Positions 50,663 through 64,000 of a stretch of DNA of 64,000 nucleotides are shown here, piece by piece. Below the pieces are notes generated by a model. It made no database searches and was not told the origin of the DNA. It was given only the letters and a program-made list of their open reading frames with translations. This DNA is from the human T2T-CHM13v2.0 reference genome, Homo sapiens. Location: NCBI RefSeq assembly GCF_009914755.1, contig NC_060935.1. One strand, written 5' to 3'. A program made the position numbers and the translations under genes. The stretch's first letter is position 1; each line of letters starts with the position of its first letter.

Positions 50663-51955
50663 GGTAGTCTTTAATAATTGAAGAGATATGCATATTTGGT
50701 GAATAGATAAATTCCTCTAATTGTACAAATGGGTTCAGCTCAAGTCTAGTAAACCAGGTGGACCCATTTCCAGTGTCTAGACCCAGCCCTGTCATGTTGT
50801 CCATGTTCACAGGGAGCTGGCTGCATCCGCCTCAGGGTGCTCTCATCATAGTGTTCAACTTACACACCCCTGACCTCACCCCACTCCCAACTAGGATTGT
50901 AAAGTCCTGGAAAACAGGGGCCTTGCCACACTGAGTCTTTACTGTAAGACCCTCGCACAGAATAAGTGTTCGGTGAATCACTTTCTAATTGGATCCAGTT
51001 AAGCAGAAGAAAACTCCCCTCTGTGCAAAGGCAAAGCTATTTCCAGTGCCTTTCTCTGGCTTCCAAAGTGATGAAATTCAGTTCCCAAGGCCACAGTGGT
51101 TCACTAGAACCTTGTAATGGGTTCATTATTTATCCTGTTGTACCACCCCTGAGTGACCTTTCAAATGGTCTCACAAATGTCCTTTCCACAATTCATTTCA
51201 AATGCCCCTAAACAGTCCTCTAATCTTGAGTAAAGTTCATTGGGCCCATGTACAGCTGGCACTTCCTTTGAATCAGGGGCCCATGAGCACTGTGATTAAT
51301 GACCAGGAGTGAGTGTGGGCGAGTGTGGGGCACAGGGTCGTATGTCCTGGGGCATGGCTCCCTGTTCACGGTCTAAAGCCACATCCTGTCTGCCCCAGGC
51401 TCATATTCTGCCAGGGACCACACTGAACACCCTCCTCAAGATGCCAGGGCTGCCTGTGCCATGTACTGCAAGACAGCTGGGATTGTCATGGACATCAATA
51501 TGAAAGGCAGTGCAGGAGCCAGGCTGGATTCCAATGCTGTGGCTGGCTGGAGGTCCCATCCAGTCAAGTGGCTCGCCACTTAGGTCTGAACCAAAGAGCT
51601 AAACAGGAGCTGGAGAGCTCTCCCTGAAGCTTCCATCCCTGGCCTTTAGAGACCAAAGTCTCCTGAAAGGCAGGTCCTTGCAAGAGGTAAAAGGCTCAGT
51701 AGAATGCAGCTTCCTGGCCCGGCTCCCATAGTGGCCCCTCCTGGCTCCACCATACCCTCACCATGCCAGGCTTGGCAGGCCCCAAACTGGACAGACAGAA
51801 GCTCCCTCCAACCTCGTTTCCAATTCCACTCATGGCCGCCATCTATTTGCACAGCTCATCTGGGAAGGCAGCAGTGATAATGTGAGCAGGAGTCCAAGAG
51901 GTCACGAGGCATACCCAGCTCCTGCCATTACAGAGGAGGACAGCTACCCAGAGCA

Positions 51956-52015
51956 CACTGCCCCTCCCCACTTCCAGTGTAGTTCCTGCACTGCCCCTCC
52001 CCACTTCCAGTGTAG
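51956..52015. repeat. Perfect 27-bp direct repeat with 33-bp period
   Basis: CACTGCCCCTCCCCACTTCCAGTGTAG at 51956-51982 and 51989-52015. Confidence 0.95.
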
Positions 52016-53187
52016 ATCTGGGCCCCTGTACATGTGGCAAGACCTGGAAGTGGGTTCCCTGCACAGAAATTTTCTGCCTACCTTACAGAAAGACTGGACC
52101 AAAACTGTTCTACATGGCCACAACAGGCTTGGATCTCATTGCTCCAGAGAAGCAGGTCTGCCCATGCCCTGGAAGCTGGCTCAGTTTGGGCTCTGGAGCC
52201 AGGAGCAGACATCAAGAGCATCCACGGAGCCTCTTTTGATGAAAGGAGCAGATGATGCGAAATACAGTCCAAATGGACTCTTCGGAATCAGTTCATCCTT
52301 CAAACAGCGGTGTACTGCCACTCAAAGCATGCTGAGGACACTGCCGTCTGCTCTGACACCTGAGTTTGAGTTGTGTGTCCTTTGGAAGGAAGAATAAGCA
52401 AAAATAAGTGACTCCCCCTCACCGCTCATAAAGAACTTCTAAGTCTGAGTGGGGAGGGACATGCAGGACCACCTTTGAGAGAAAATCAAGAAGGAGGCCC
52501 TCAGCACAAATGGCAGGCATGCTGGGTTGTTTAGGTCCTGTTTCATGCTACATTATGCTGTGTGACTTTGGGTAAGTCACTTACCCTCTCTGAATCTTCA
52601 AAGGCTTCATATTTGCACAAAACTCTTCCACACTTCACAGAGTTTGAAAAACCACAAGAAAGAAAGGAAGAAAAACTTTTATCCAAGAGCAGGTATGAGG
52701 CTTCTGAATAAAGCTGAAAGTAGTCATTCTCCTGGACTCTTTCAGGAGAGCTGAGTTACCTTATAGATCTACTATGAGAAAACCTGGATTATTGAGGGGC
52801 AAAGGGGCTTTTTGGTCATTTGCAGTAGCCTCTCCCTTGAAGAAGCAGGAATCACCCTTGTGGCATTTGTTTGAGCATCTTCATGATAATGGGCAGAAAG
52901 GAGCTTGTCTTTCTTGGGTCAGGAGCAGGGAGGTGAGGAGTGATCAGAGGAGACCTGAGTCTGGCACTGAAACCAGCTATACTTTCATCCAACACATTTC
53001 ATCAGGTCCTGAACACTGAAGACACCAGTGAACAAAGAAACCCCCAGTGCCTGTCTTCATGGGGCTTACATCTGTAGGACACCCTGCCATCAGAGAGTGG
53101 AAGAGGAGGTGTGACTGGAGTGACTCAGGATATCCTCCTGTTTCACCACAGTTCCCTGGACTTTGTACTTAATGCAGACAGTGGCTA

Positions 53188-53752
53188 TGAGGTAGGAAAT
53201 CAGCAGAGCTTGTTTTCCCAGCAGTGGTCACAACCTGGGTTGTCACCTTGCTGATTGGAGCAGGATCTGGTAGAAACAAGGTGCAGTGAACAAGCTGGCC
53301 AAAACCAGCAGACAGTGATGAAAGTGACCTCTAGTTGTCCTTACTGCTCATTAACATAAAAAGATACTTCTAGTAGTGTCATGACACTTTACAAATGCCA
53401 CATCAATATGCCATGGCAATGACCTGAAAATTACCTTGTATGGTTCCAGAAACTCCCTGCCCCTTTTCTAGAAAGATCTAAGTAACCACCTCTTAATTTG
53501 CATGTAAATAAAGGGGGTATAAACACAGTTGTCAGCAGCCCATATGCTGCTATTCTGGGCATGGGCACGGGGCTTATGGGGTAGCCCTGCTCAGCAAGGA
53601 GCGGCTCCCCTGCTGCTGCTGTATGCTGCCACTTCAATAAAGTTGCAAACTGATTTCTTTCACCATCATCTCCCCATTGGATTATTTCCTGGGTGAAGCC
53701 AAGAACCCTCCCGGACTAAGCCCCAATTTGGGGGCTCACTTCACCTGCATCA
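53188..53752 (+). mobile_element. MER41E/LTR26-like ERV1 solo LTR
   Basis: TGAGGTAGGAAATCAGCAG...CCTGCATCA ends. It shares GCCAAAACC, AAGTGACCTCT, CATGACA.TTTACAAATGCCA and CCAAGAACCCTC with the MER41A LTRs in this window. Confidence 0.8.
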
Positions 53753-56286
53753 TTTACATCAAACAGCCCCTCTAAGGGACCTTAGGCCTTGTTATCTTTG
53801 AAAAAATGCTCCAGAGTGTCTATCTTTTCTTTCTCTGTCTCCCTCCTATCCCACCCCATCCTGGGCTTGTTTTCATCTTTGTCAGTGTGGGTACTTTCCT
53901 GCTCTGTGCTGCCAGAATGGTGCTGAATATGAATGAGAAAGTAAATTAGATACTGATCAGCTCTCCATTTCCATAGTGTGTTGAATAATACCCCATGACA
54001 ACTGGGGTTTGAAAGGTAGCCCAGCTCTGGGAGCAGGCCTCCTGGGCATCTAAGTGACGGCCACTGTTCACCAGCTGTGCCGAGTTACTACACAGCCTGG
54101 AGGTCAAGTCCTTCTCCCATAATCACTTGGATGGAAAATTAAAGCAGCCTGCTCCCTCAATGGTTATACATTCTGGCACAGAAATTAACAAATTCCCCCA
54201 GAATCCATAACAGATACATCTTTGTTCAGCCAAAGAACTTTGATATAAATTGTAGCTTTTTAGGACGGCTCTGTCAAAAGTGTAATATATCATGGAATAG
54301 TGAATACAAGTTCAAAAGTACATATAATAATATAATTAAGATAGCTTGACAAGAATGTATTTTAAAAGTATAAAATACCTGCAGGTATAATAGCTTCATA
54401 AAGTCTGTCAGATTTACTTCTGCTGTGAAGAAATTTAAAATGTTTTACTTTAATGTGATGCAAATGAAGGCTGAGGTATGCATATAACACAGTCCTTAAA
54501 AAATAGGTAGAGGGAAAAGAATAAAAGTCAGATTCAGGCCAAACAAGACATTCAACTTTGCGGGTGACTGGATAATAGATCAAGCAAACAGATTGGGGAG
54601 CGATGCCGGGCTGTTTGTAGAAAACACCAATTTCACATTTCCCTCCTTTGCTGGCTGCAGGAAAGTATGTGTTTTTATTCAAAATTAATGATTCCCTTTG
54701 TGCATTTTTCTTTTTGCTCACAAGAGTCAAGCATAATTCTTGTTTAAAGCAAAAGTAATTTTTATATAATTACTAGCTCATGAAAAATTATTTTTCAATG
54801 TATTAAAAGCTGAGGAGAAGAGTGGGCGAGTCATACCCTGCACACACATGTCCGGAACACCTCATGTCCACAAAGAAGAGCTGCCTCCAGGTGAACAGGA
54901 GTCCAGGCATCTGTCCAGCCTCATCCATACACTGAGCAACAGTATCCCTCACTTGGCTGACTGGGTGCTTGGACAAAAATGCTTTTTCAGGCAAAGAAGC
55001 AGTAACTGCCTACCTCGTGTACAAGAACACCAACGTATGGAATTACAAGATTAATGCAATCAGCAGGGCCACATATTGGGGCACCCAGACCACCTTCCAC
55101 TTCTAACTCTCCTGCTAAAAACTTTTTTTTCCAAGAATTCTATCTCCCCAGCCTGGTGGTTTGCACCGTCAAGACAAACCCAGTAATGTCCACATCTTTG
55201 CACCTCCCCTTCCTGTGCAGATCTGATGTACTAAGGTGATGCAAAGGCACCTATCCCCAACCGTTACTTAAATGAAACCTTCTGGCCTGATAGCATTTGC
55301 CAAGCCTTCATTGCTTTCTCATTTTCTCCTTCCCCATTGGCATTAGATCGAAAGGTCTCTGAGTTAGCTAGCTACCTGGTCTCAGGAACTCTCCTAAACT
55401 TCCCCAGCCTTGGTCATGGTTTACAGTAGAGTCAAAAGTCCCTTCCCTTGAGACATGGCAGAAAATTCTGATATTTCAGCTCTCCAACCATGCTTATGAG
55501 GGTAGGTGCTTGCCAAAGCAAAAAAGTTAAAGAATGGAGTGGGGAGAGCCTTGCAACAAGAGGCATCTCTTATTCAGGGTAAAAATTAGAAGCTTGAATC
55601 ATGAAACAGTGTAGTTTAAAAATCAGCACTGCCGGTGCCTGTGCTGCTGATGACTGCACTCGGAAGAATTTTCAAAGTAAATGTACTTTTCACCATTATC
55701 TCACTCATTTGCATTCTGCTCCATTTGGATTCTGAAACTCAACTGGACGCTTTATTTTCAGGGTAGGTCTGCATGATGGCAAACAAACAGTTTGGGAAGG
55801 AATTAGCCATATGGGCCTGGGCATTATTTTCTTAATGTGGGAACTGGGTCAACCCTCTACAAAATGTTTCCTCAAATACTTAAACTGGCACACTTTCCTT
55901 TTGAGAGGGGAGGTTTTTAGAATTAAGCATCCCAGTTGGCTGTGCGTGGAATGGTGGCTGCATAGATTCCAGCCCCCAGAGGCTCATGAAACATCAAAGG
56001 TGAAGCAACGTCAGACACAGCCTGGTCTGGCCTCCTCATTTTCTGACTAAGACATACAGGCCTAGAGAGGTGGAGACCTGGGCAAGATCATATAGCCAAG
56101 GACCGAGTCCATGTCATGCTCCCCTGTGTCTCACTGCCCTAAATCGGGAGAGGTCTGTGTCTGCCCCTTCCTTTTCCTCCCTATGTCTAAGAACACTCGC
56201 TGTCCTGTAGGGGGCTCCTCATCTCCATGTCTGGGCCCCAATCCATTACCCCAATCCTGTGTGATTTTAGAGGTGGCAAGTGTATA

Positions 56287-56331
56287 TCAATCAATCAATC
56301 AATCAACCAACCAGTCAACCAATCAACCAAT
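56287..56331. repeat. (TCAA)n/(CCAA)n tetranucleotide microsatellite
   Basis: TCAATCAATCAATCAATCAACCAACCAGTCAACCAATCAACCAAT. Confidence 0.9.
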
Positions 56332-57538
56332 ATAGTCTTCAGCACACCCTCCATATATGACCTTGTGTCCAAAGCGTAGGCCATTGGCTCATTTTCTCCT
56401 TGTCCTTTCTCTGTTCTTCAGAACCAGGGACAAAATGAAAAAAAACACTGAAGAGACCCCCCAGAAACCACTCTTCTCCCCTAGTGAAAAACGAGAGACA
56501 TAATGTGGGGAATGACACTGTCAGGGGTGTCACAAGTGAAGGATAACAATATATGAAACAGAGCTTTTAAGGGTAACCCATTATTTTTGTAATTTGTTTA
56601 AACGAAACTGAGTGACTCTTTAAACTCTAATTCACATCTTGGAAATGCAATGCAGCTATCTCTTGTTTCTCTCTCTGGAGTCGTGGCAATAATTTTAATG
56701 CCAGCAGAAGGCATTAGACATTAGAGGTGAGCAAGGCAGAGGAGTCTGGCTTTTATCAGATAATTAAGATGCTACCAAAGTCAAACCTTTATCAACATTA
56801 GACTAAAAATAAACTCCTTCCATCCAGTGGGCTTTCTAGCAAGCATTCAAAGTGACAGTGCTCTGGATAAGGTTTTGCTTTTAAAAATTGTTCATTGTTT
56901 TTCGACTTTTATTGGCAATCCATTCTCATTATGCCCAATGCATTTGTCTCCATAATATGTACTTCACAATTACAATATCAAAGAGTTTGTATCTACATAA
57001 TAAAAATGATCTATAGAATAGTACAGGGAAAACATAATAACACAGTGTGATTGTTAATGAAATGAATACTTTGAGGGAAAACATGGCATCCCTTGAGAGA
57101 ACTTGTCCCTATATCATGAGATACTAGAAACAGGCAAAGGCTGGGAGGTGAAACCGAAATTGAATCTCGGGTTCCCTGGAGGTAGGGAGTGCAGCATGGC
57201 ACTGCTTGGCTTTGGTGATGGGAGGGGCACAGGAGGGGTATTGGAGGTGACCTATTGTTGGAAATAATGACTTCAAAGGGCAGCCGTCTTCTACTAGCTC
57301 TTCAGAACTTTCTGGCCCCAATACTACTAGCTCAACAGACAACTGAAATGAAGCTCAGGTCTTTTCTCTCAAGAATAAGCATTGGCAAGTTCTTTTCATG
57401 GACCAAGATTTGCTGCGGCTGACCTGCAGAGGTGCTGTTCAGGAAGAAACAGATCTGCTGGAGGCAATGATCTCTAGACTCAGTTTCTCAGCCTGAAGGC
57501 ACGGACTACAGAAAGGAAAAATGTGGAGAAGCAGATAG

Positions 57539-58008
<470 letters not shown>

Positions 58009-61000
58009 ATAAATATGTTTTTAATGAATACAAAAAGAATGTCTTCTTTATGGAGCCAAAATTTTCACAATTGATAACCCTTACAGTAGATTGCAGAAAC
58101 CTATAAGACAGACTATCACTGAACTCATAAAAAAAGAGTTATATTACTGGGCACCCAGGAAAAGGAACAACAGATAAGGAAGAGGTGCAAGCTGCTGAGG
58201 TCTGCATAAGAATAAAGGTTGGTTGTGGCGCTTGGCCAAAGCAGGGCTGGGGACCTCTTGCAGGGCGACGAGGAGATCTGACAGATGTTCCAAATGAGAA
58301 AGAGGAGGACAAGCAGACGTTCAGCTCTGTTAAGAGACCATTGATTGAGGAGCACTGTTATGCCTCTTAGTTGACAGCCAGTGGCACGAATCCACTGGTG
58401 AGAAGAGTTCTCTTCTCCAGCCAGCCAAGAGCTGCATTACATCTGGAACTGGGCTCAGATAGCAAAAGAGCGTTCTATATATACATGCATTTTCAAAATA
58501 TTGTGGCTTCTGTACATTCAAGTTAAATGTAAGTCAGGTTGGGCAGGGTTTGGTCAGTAACGGGGCAGAGGAAGTAGATCATTTGGTCTCTGAAACCCAA
58601 GCAGTCTGTAGTGAAAGTCTGCAATCCTGCAATGGAAAGAATCTCTTTCCTCCACTCACTCACTTCCCTCCCCAACTTCCCATCCACACCTATATGGACA
58701 CAAGGTCTACCTCCAAAAATGAAATTCATTATATTTAGAGCTAAAATAATTCCAGAATCAATTGACGTAGATGAAAGCATTTTTGACTTGGCTTATTTGA
58801 AAAATTATCCCGTTTTATCAATTTTATTTGGCTAGCATAACTGGTGCATGTGCAAGTATAATTTTGAACAGGGAGAGAACTTAGTTGAATTGTAACTAAA
58901 ATAATTCTGGGCACAGGATGGTGTATAAAAATACAGGCATGACAGGAACAATGTAACAGAGAAAGTGACATACAGTAGTATGTAATAACAGAAGTATCTT
59001 GAACCTATCATCCACATGTTTTTTGTGCCTGAAAAAGCAGAATATTATTATAATAGGTGCAAAAACAGTTGCAGCGTGTTAAGGCTGGAACTCCCCCCTA
59101 GAGACATAGTCCAAGCTTCTCACTTCACCAATGATGGGACCTAGAATCAAAGATATGGAGGTGACTCGTCCAAGGTCTTAGAAGTGGGATGAAAACCTGG
59201 ACACCCTAGGCTTCTAACTCAGTGTTTTTCAATTCTACCCTATGGCCTTTCATTCACAGAGAGATAGGCAGGTAGGTACGTTGATGGAAGACAGATAAAT
59301 ACTTATTCTCCAGGTAGTGTCAGCTTTTAGACAAAATTATTCTGTCTTCAGATTGAACATCCCATAAGCACATCAAAAACTCCCTGTAGGACATTTAAAC
59401 TTTACTGCAGAGTTAAAAACTGTGGAGAGTTAAAAGTCCCCTGCAGCTATTAAAATAGTGTGTAGTGAGAACAGTTGTATTACAGGTGACTAATGGGGTC
59501 TCACCACCTCCCACCCCCATTAGATATATATACTGTTGCATTTCTAAGCAAGATGTCCAGTATTTTTACTCCTGGGGGAGGGAGCAATTGCTGACTACTA
59601 TTTTTTTCAAAACTGCACTAAAACTTTCTTTTGTAAGAAAAACGAGAGAAAAAAATCAATAGAGCATGAAAGGACATGAAAAGTGCATTTTAACCCATAT
59701 ATAATTTTTTTCTAACAGTGCGATTTTTTAAAGCTCTCTACAAAAAATAAAAGTCAATGTGATTCTCAAAGAAAAAAATGCAACACAACCCTGAATTCAG
59801 GAGCAAAAGAAAAAAAAAACAAGAATAATGAAGATCTAAAGATTTGACCTAGTAATTTGAGGCACAGATGAAAAATGGTGTAAGCTCTGGCCACCTCTGG
59901 GATTGGCAGGTCAAAGGGGTACATTAAATGTGATGGGAAACACATTCTGTTTTTGGATAGTTCAGCATATATCCATATTAAAGCTTTTAAGCCTCCCAAC
60001 TCAGTGAAATTACTCCGAGAAACCAAGTGTCCCCTTGTGGACCTGGCCACACTTCTATTTTCGTCCTCAAAGAGAAATGGTGTGGCCAAGAATGTGAGAC
60101 ATCCCTAACAGGGCTCAGGTGAAAAGGAAAGGGGAAAAAAGAGTGCAGGTTAAATGCAATATTAAAGACGATCTCTCTCCTAATCAGTGTATCTTTCTTC
60201 CTTACAGCTAAGCAATCTTTGTCAATTACAGGGCATTACTCTGCAGGCCAACCGGCAATTACAATGGCATCTTTCTTCCCATCACTGACAGCAAAGGGAG
60301 GAAATAGTCTGAGTCCAGCTAAATGTAAAGAGGGAAACTGGAGCTCATCACGGAGGTAATGTACAGGGAACCTATAACCAGGATGCAGATGCTATATGCA
60401 GCTGTTATGCAAAGAAGCTCTTGCTCTCAGAGCTGATGTGTTTATTTAGACTAGTGCTGAGGCTGAGTTAATGCCAGTTTCCAGAAAGGATTAATATACA
60501 CTAACGTGGAATTACTGAACCGTCACACACATCTGGAAATGTATGTTTCAACTCTTTCTTTTTTGTGGCAGCCAGCTGTACCGGAGAAGCAGCTGATGAG
60601 GTTGCAGTTGCTCCTGGGCCCCAGCTGATTTGATGTCATGCCGTTAAGATAACTATAGGTCCTTCTGATCAACACCATGGTCCTTTCTCCCCTCTGATCC
60701 TTTCACCACTCCTCTTTATTTTGGTCTCACAGTGAGTTTCTTACCTTCATTTTCAAGTCCAGGCTATAATCTCTTCCATTTCTCCCATTTCTCTCACCTC
60801 CAAGCCACTTTCCATGTAGCCATGAGGCCTCTCAAAAGAATGGAGAGATAGCCTTGATATTTGTGGTTCAGTCATTTAACCTTTGCACATTTCTGAGTGG
60901 GTCATCTGAGAGAATTATCCTTTGGCCAAGAGACCACTTAGAGGAATGGTAAAGGACATCTCAAGGAGCTCAACTGGTCTTATGACCCTGAACCTTCTGT

Positions 61001-62214
61001 CTCCAGAGACAAACAACATCATGCCCCTCACTGAGTGGTTAGCCTGCTTTTGTGCTCCCATTTCAGAACAGACCATTCCCCCACCACCCCGCCGCCATCT
61101 CAGTTATTCAAGAAGGAAGCCATGGTATGTACTGGGAAGTCTTGTGCCTATGGAAATTCCTTGAGATAGAAAAGCTAAAGGCATGAGGTATTGTGAAAGC
61201 AATTTGGCTGCCCTACTTCTCTCTTTCCTTTCTCTGTGCCTGTCCTTTCTTGGATGAATGGATTAGCCAATACAGATGTGCGAATTATCCTTAAGTATCC
61301 TGGAAAGGCTTTGCCTATTTGACCTTGGGTGCGGCTGTAAGTGTTTGCTCATCAGTAATTACAAAGAGCCTGGAATCTAGAAGTACCTTCCCAATATCAA
61401 CCACAAAAGCAATTTCTAGTTGAAGATTCTGCTGGGGACTCTTCGACAACTGTTTTCTTTGACCCACTCACCCCACCTTTTGCTTCTTAGACATCCAACT
61501 GTTCAGAAGGATCCCACTGAGAGAACATCAGTCAAATCGTCCCTTCGTCTCTGGTTCCAAAGTACCCTGCAATCATTTGTGCCTTCCTCCAAAATACCTC
61601 TTTCACTGCCACATCAGAAGAGCTCTTTAAACGCTAACAAGAACCAATATTTTAGATTCTACTGCTAGGCATTTCAGCTCAAGTCACTTTATTGTAAAAT
61701 TAGATGTCATTGTGAAAAGCATGGATATAAATATAAGAGCAAAAGGCCCTTTTCTTAATGCAGAAACCAAGGTAACAATATCCTATTTTTCCTTGTTGTC
61801 AAAAGTTGTGGTTTTTTTTTTTTTTTTGATAGCTCAGCCAATATAATGCACTGCATGTTTACACTTAGCATTAAATAACTATTATGCAAAAGTACTCCAC
61901 AGTAAAATCTAAGTATATTTATGGAAAGCTAAATTATATTGCCAAGTTTATTTTAGACCAAAGAAGCCCCTGGGAAGGGATATTGTGTATTTTAAAGAGT
62001 AAATGTAAACTATTAAATAGAAAGAGGCTTTGTGGAATGTAACACATTCTACCTAGGTAAATCACAGAGCAATTACACAGTAAACTTTTCTTTGATGAAG
62101 CACTGAAGTGATGACATGTAATTACTTTTCCAATGCTGTACCGTGTGTTTATCAAAATGTTAATGCAAACATAATAACAGGCTGTATGTTTGTGCTGAGA
62201 ATGTCAGAGCCATC

Positions 62215-62340
62215 CAGCTGTCAATCACATCTGAAAATAAAATCGCAAATAAGCAGGCAGCTTGATAACAGGAGTGACAGCCAATAGTCACTCTGCTGAC
62301 AAGTACTTTGCTCCCCTCCACCAATCACAGTGTCACTGTA
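62215..62340. promoter_or_regulatory. Candidate enhancer/promoter: PBX-PREP/MEIS decamer, two CCAAT boxes and E-boxes
   Basis: CTGTCAATCA (reverse complement of TGATTGACAG) at 62218-62227, TGACAG at 62275, CCAAT at 62281 and 62321, in unique sequence. Confidence 0.35.
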
Positions 62341-62726
62341 ACGTACCTAATAGGAGGAATATATCTTTTAGGAGCTGGAATGAAACCAAGTGGCATAAAT
62401 CGGCTGAACTTTGCATGCGACTCCCCCTCCCCCTCTCTGTTAATGGGGCTTCTTTTTGGGGCCAGCAGACCCCATTCCCTCTCCCCACGTTCCTTCAGAT
62501 CAGTGCCCTTGTTAAAGGCTGCAGAGCCCACAAACGGGCTGGCATTGTGAAAACTCAATTCAGACCAGGTCTCCCAGCCAACTGGCCTGGTTTAATCAGT
62601 CAGCGTCAAGCCCTGCGGTACTTTCCTTGGTCATGGTCACCAACATAGGAAGTCCCAGCCTAGATCTGTCGCAGCCACTGGCTGAGCTAGTTTTTCTTAA
62701 AGCTCTTAATGCAATTAAAAAAATCA

Positions 62727-63022
62727 TTTTAATATTTTTTGAGACAGAGTCTCACTCTGTCACCCAAGCTGGAGTGCAGTGGTGCAATCTTGGCTTACTG
62801 CAACCTCTGCCTTGTAGGTTCAAGCAGTTCTCAGGCCTCAGCATTCTGAGTAGCTGTGATTACAGGTACCCACCACCATACTCGGCTAATTTTTGTATTT
62901 TTAGTAGAGATGGGGTTTCACCATGTTGGCCAGGCTGATCTCGAACTCTTGGCCTCAAGTGATCTGCCTTCCTCAGCCTCCCTAAGTGCTGGGATTATAG
63001 ATGTGAGCCACTGAGCCCGGCC
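62727..63022 (-). mobile_element. Older Alu (Sz/J-like) with a decayed tail
   Basis: Full antisense dimer with CTCTTGGCCTCAAGTGATC. Degenerate target-site duplication AATGCAA..T.AAAAA on both flanks. Confidence 0.95.
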
Positions 63023-64000
63023 AATGCAACTTTAAAAAACCGAAACAACAGGTGTCTGATTTTAAAGGACAAGTGCCAAAACTGCTAGGGAATCAGAATG
63101 AACTAATTAGTGCTTGCAGGGATACAAGGCCCATTTGAGAGCCTTCCTGGGGTGCATGTATGTAGGGGTGTGCGTATATATGGGTGTGTGTGTAGGGGGG
63201 ATCAAGCCCTAAATAGGCCCCTGATTGGTCAGGTCTTTTCCCATGATCATTTCCTTGTACTCTGGAACATCTAGGAAATGAGCAGTTCAGTCCTGGAAAC
63301 TTTGTTCACCCTGACTCCTGCCCTCTTGACTTTCTCTGAGAACACTTTTCACTGAAGGATCCTTTCAAATGTATCTAAAAATTGCCAACCACTTGTTAAA
63401 GTGTAAGCAGGTGCATACATCTCCTTCTCCTTTAGATTAATGATTGCAGATATTCTTTCCAGTATGGGGCACATTTTAGAATTTTACCTTGCTGTGTGCA
63501 GCAGGGCAGAAGAATGGGCCTACATCCATTGCTGAACCTCCTCTTTCTATCCTTATTGTTACAAAATTCACCTCCTTGGTTAACTGAACTAGCAACACAA
63601 ATCATCCCTACCTATTTGCATTTTGCTGTTACAAAATATAGAGATGGTTTGTCCACCCTGTCCCATGCAATTGTGACCAGGAGAAACGCTCTGGCTCCTG
63701 GTACAAAGAGATAGTCTGGAGGCATCCCAGTAGAACGCAGAATGCAGGGAGGAATTACGTCCCTCAATCCTCTGGTCTGCAGTAATCTTATTTCCATTAT
63801 TTTTCATGCTTTCTGGTGCTGCCAACAAATGTTGCAAAGGCAAGAGCCGATCTTTGACATTCTCGACTGCCTAAAGTGCAGCAAAGAGCTGCTTTAATCC
63901 CCCTTTTGTGCCTGCAATGACTAGAAGAAAATTTTTGATCCCATGCTTGGACTGACTAATGGTGCATTTTGAGTGGCAGCCTTCCACTTCTGCAGAAACT

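Noticed and set aside
51882-52397. 171-aa ORF containing TAPPHFQC twice
   Set aside because: GTG start and no homology I recognise; the peptide repeat simply reflects the 33-bp-period DNA duplication.
58790-59000. Possible old DNA-transposon fragment
   Set aside because: Too degenerate to assign without a profile search.

Overview
Primate (human-like) intergenic or intronic genomic DNA, rich in repeats. I recognise no protein-coding gene, RNA gene or CRISPR array; the ORF track is explained by chance, Alu, L1, L2, LTR and microsatellite sequence. The main feature is a complete non-autonomous ERV1 provirus: MER41A LTRs plus a non-coding MER41-type interior at 24775-30707, with a 4-bp GGAC target-site duplication. 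Its leader is the most unusual part of the window. It holds a tandem array of four ~85-bp units, each repeating the LTR end, a tRNA-Arg primer-binding site (PBS) and a splice donor. The LTR-proximal PBS appears to have switched to a different Arg isoacceptor. Downstream lie two duplicated, co-varying hairpins (candidate packaging signal), and the 5' LTR carries a templated-insertion repair scar. Elsewhere are about 11 solo LTRs (MaLR, ERVL, ERV1), five minus-strand Alus, L1MB, L2, L3 and MIR fragments, hAT and Tigger DNA transposon relics, and microsatellites. A few unique stretches have candidate exons (including a 15-nt microexon-like unit) or enhancer-like motif clusters. Repeat subfamily names and tRNA matches come from remembered consensus sequences, not from a search, and old-repeat boundaries are approximate.
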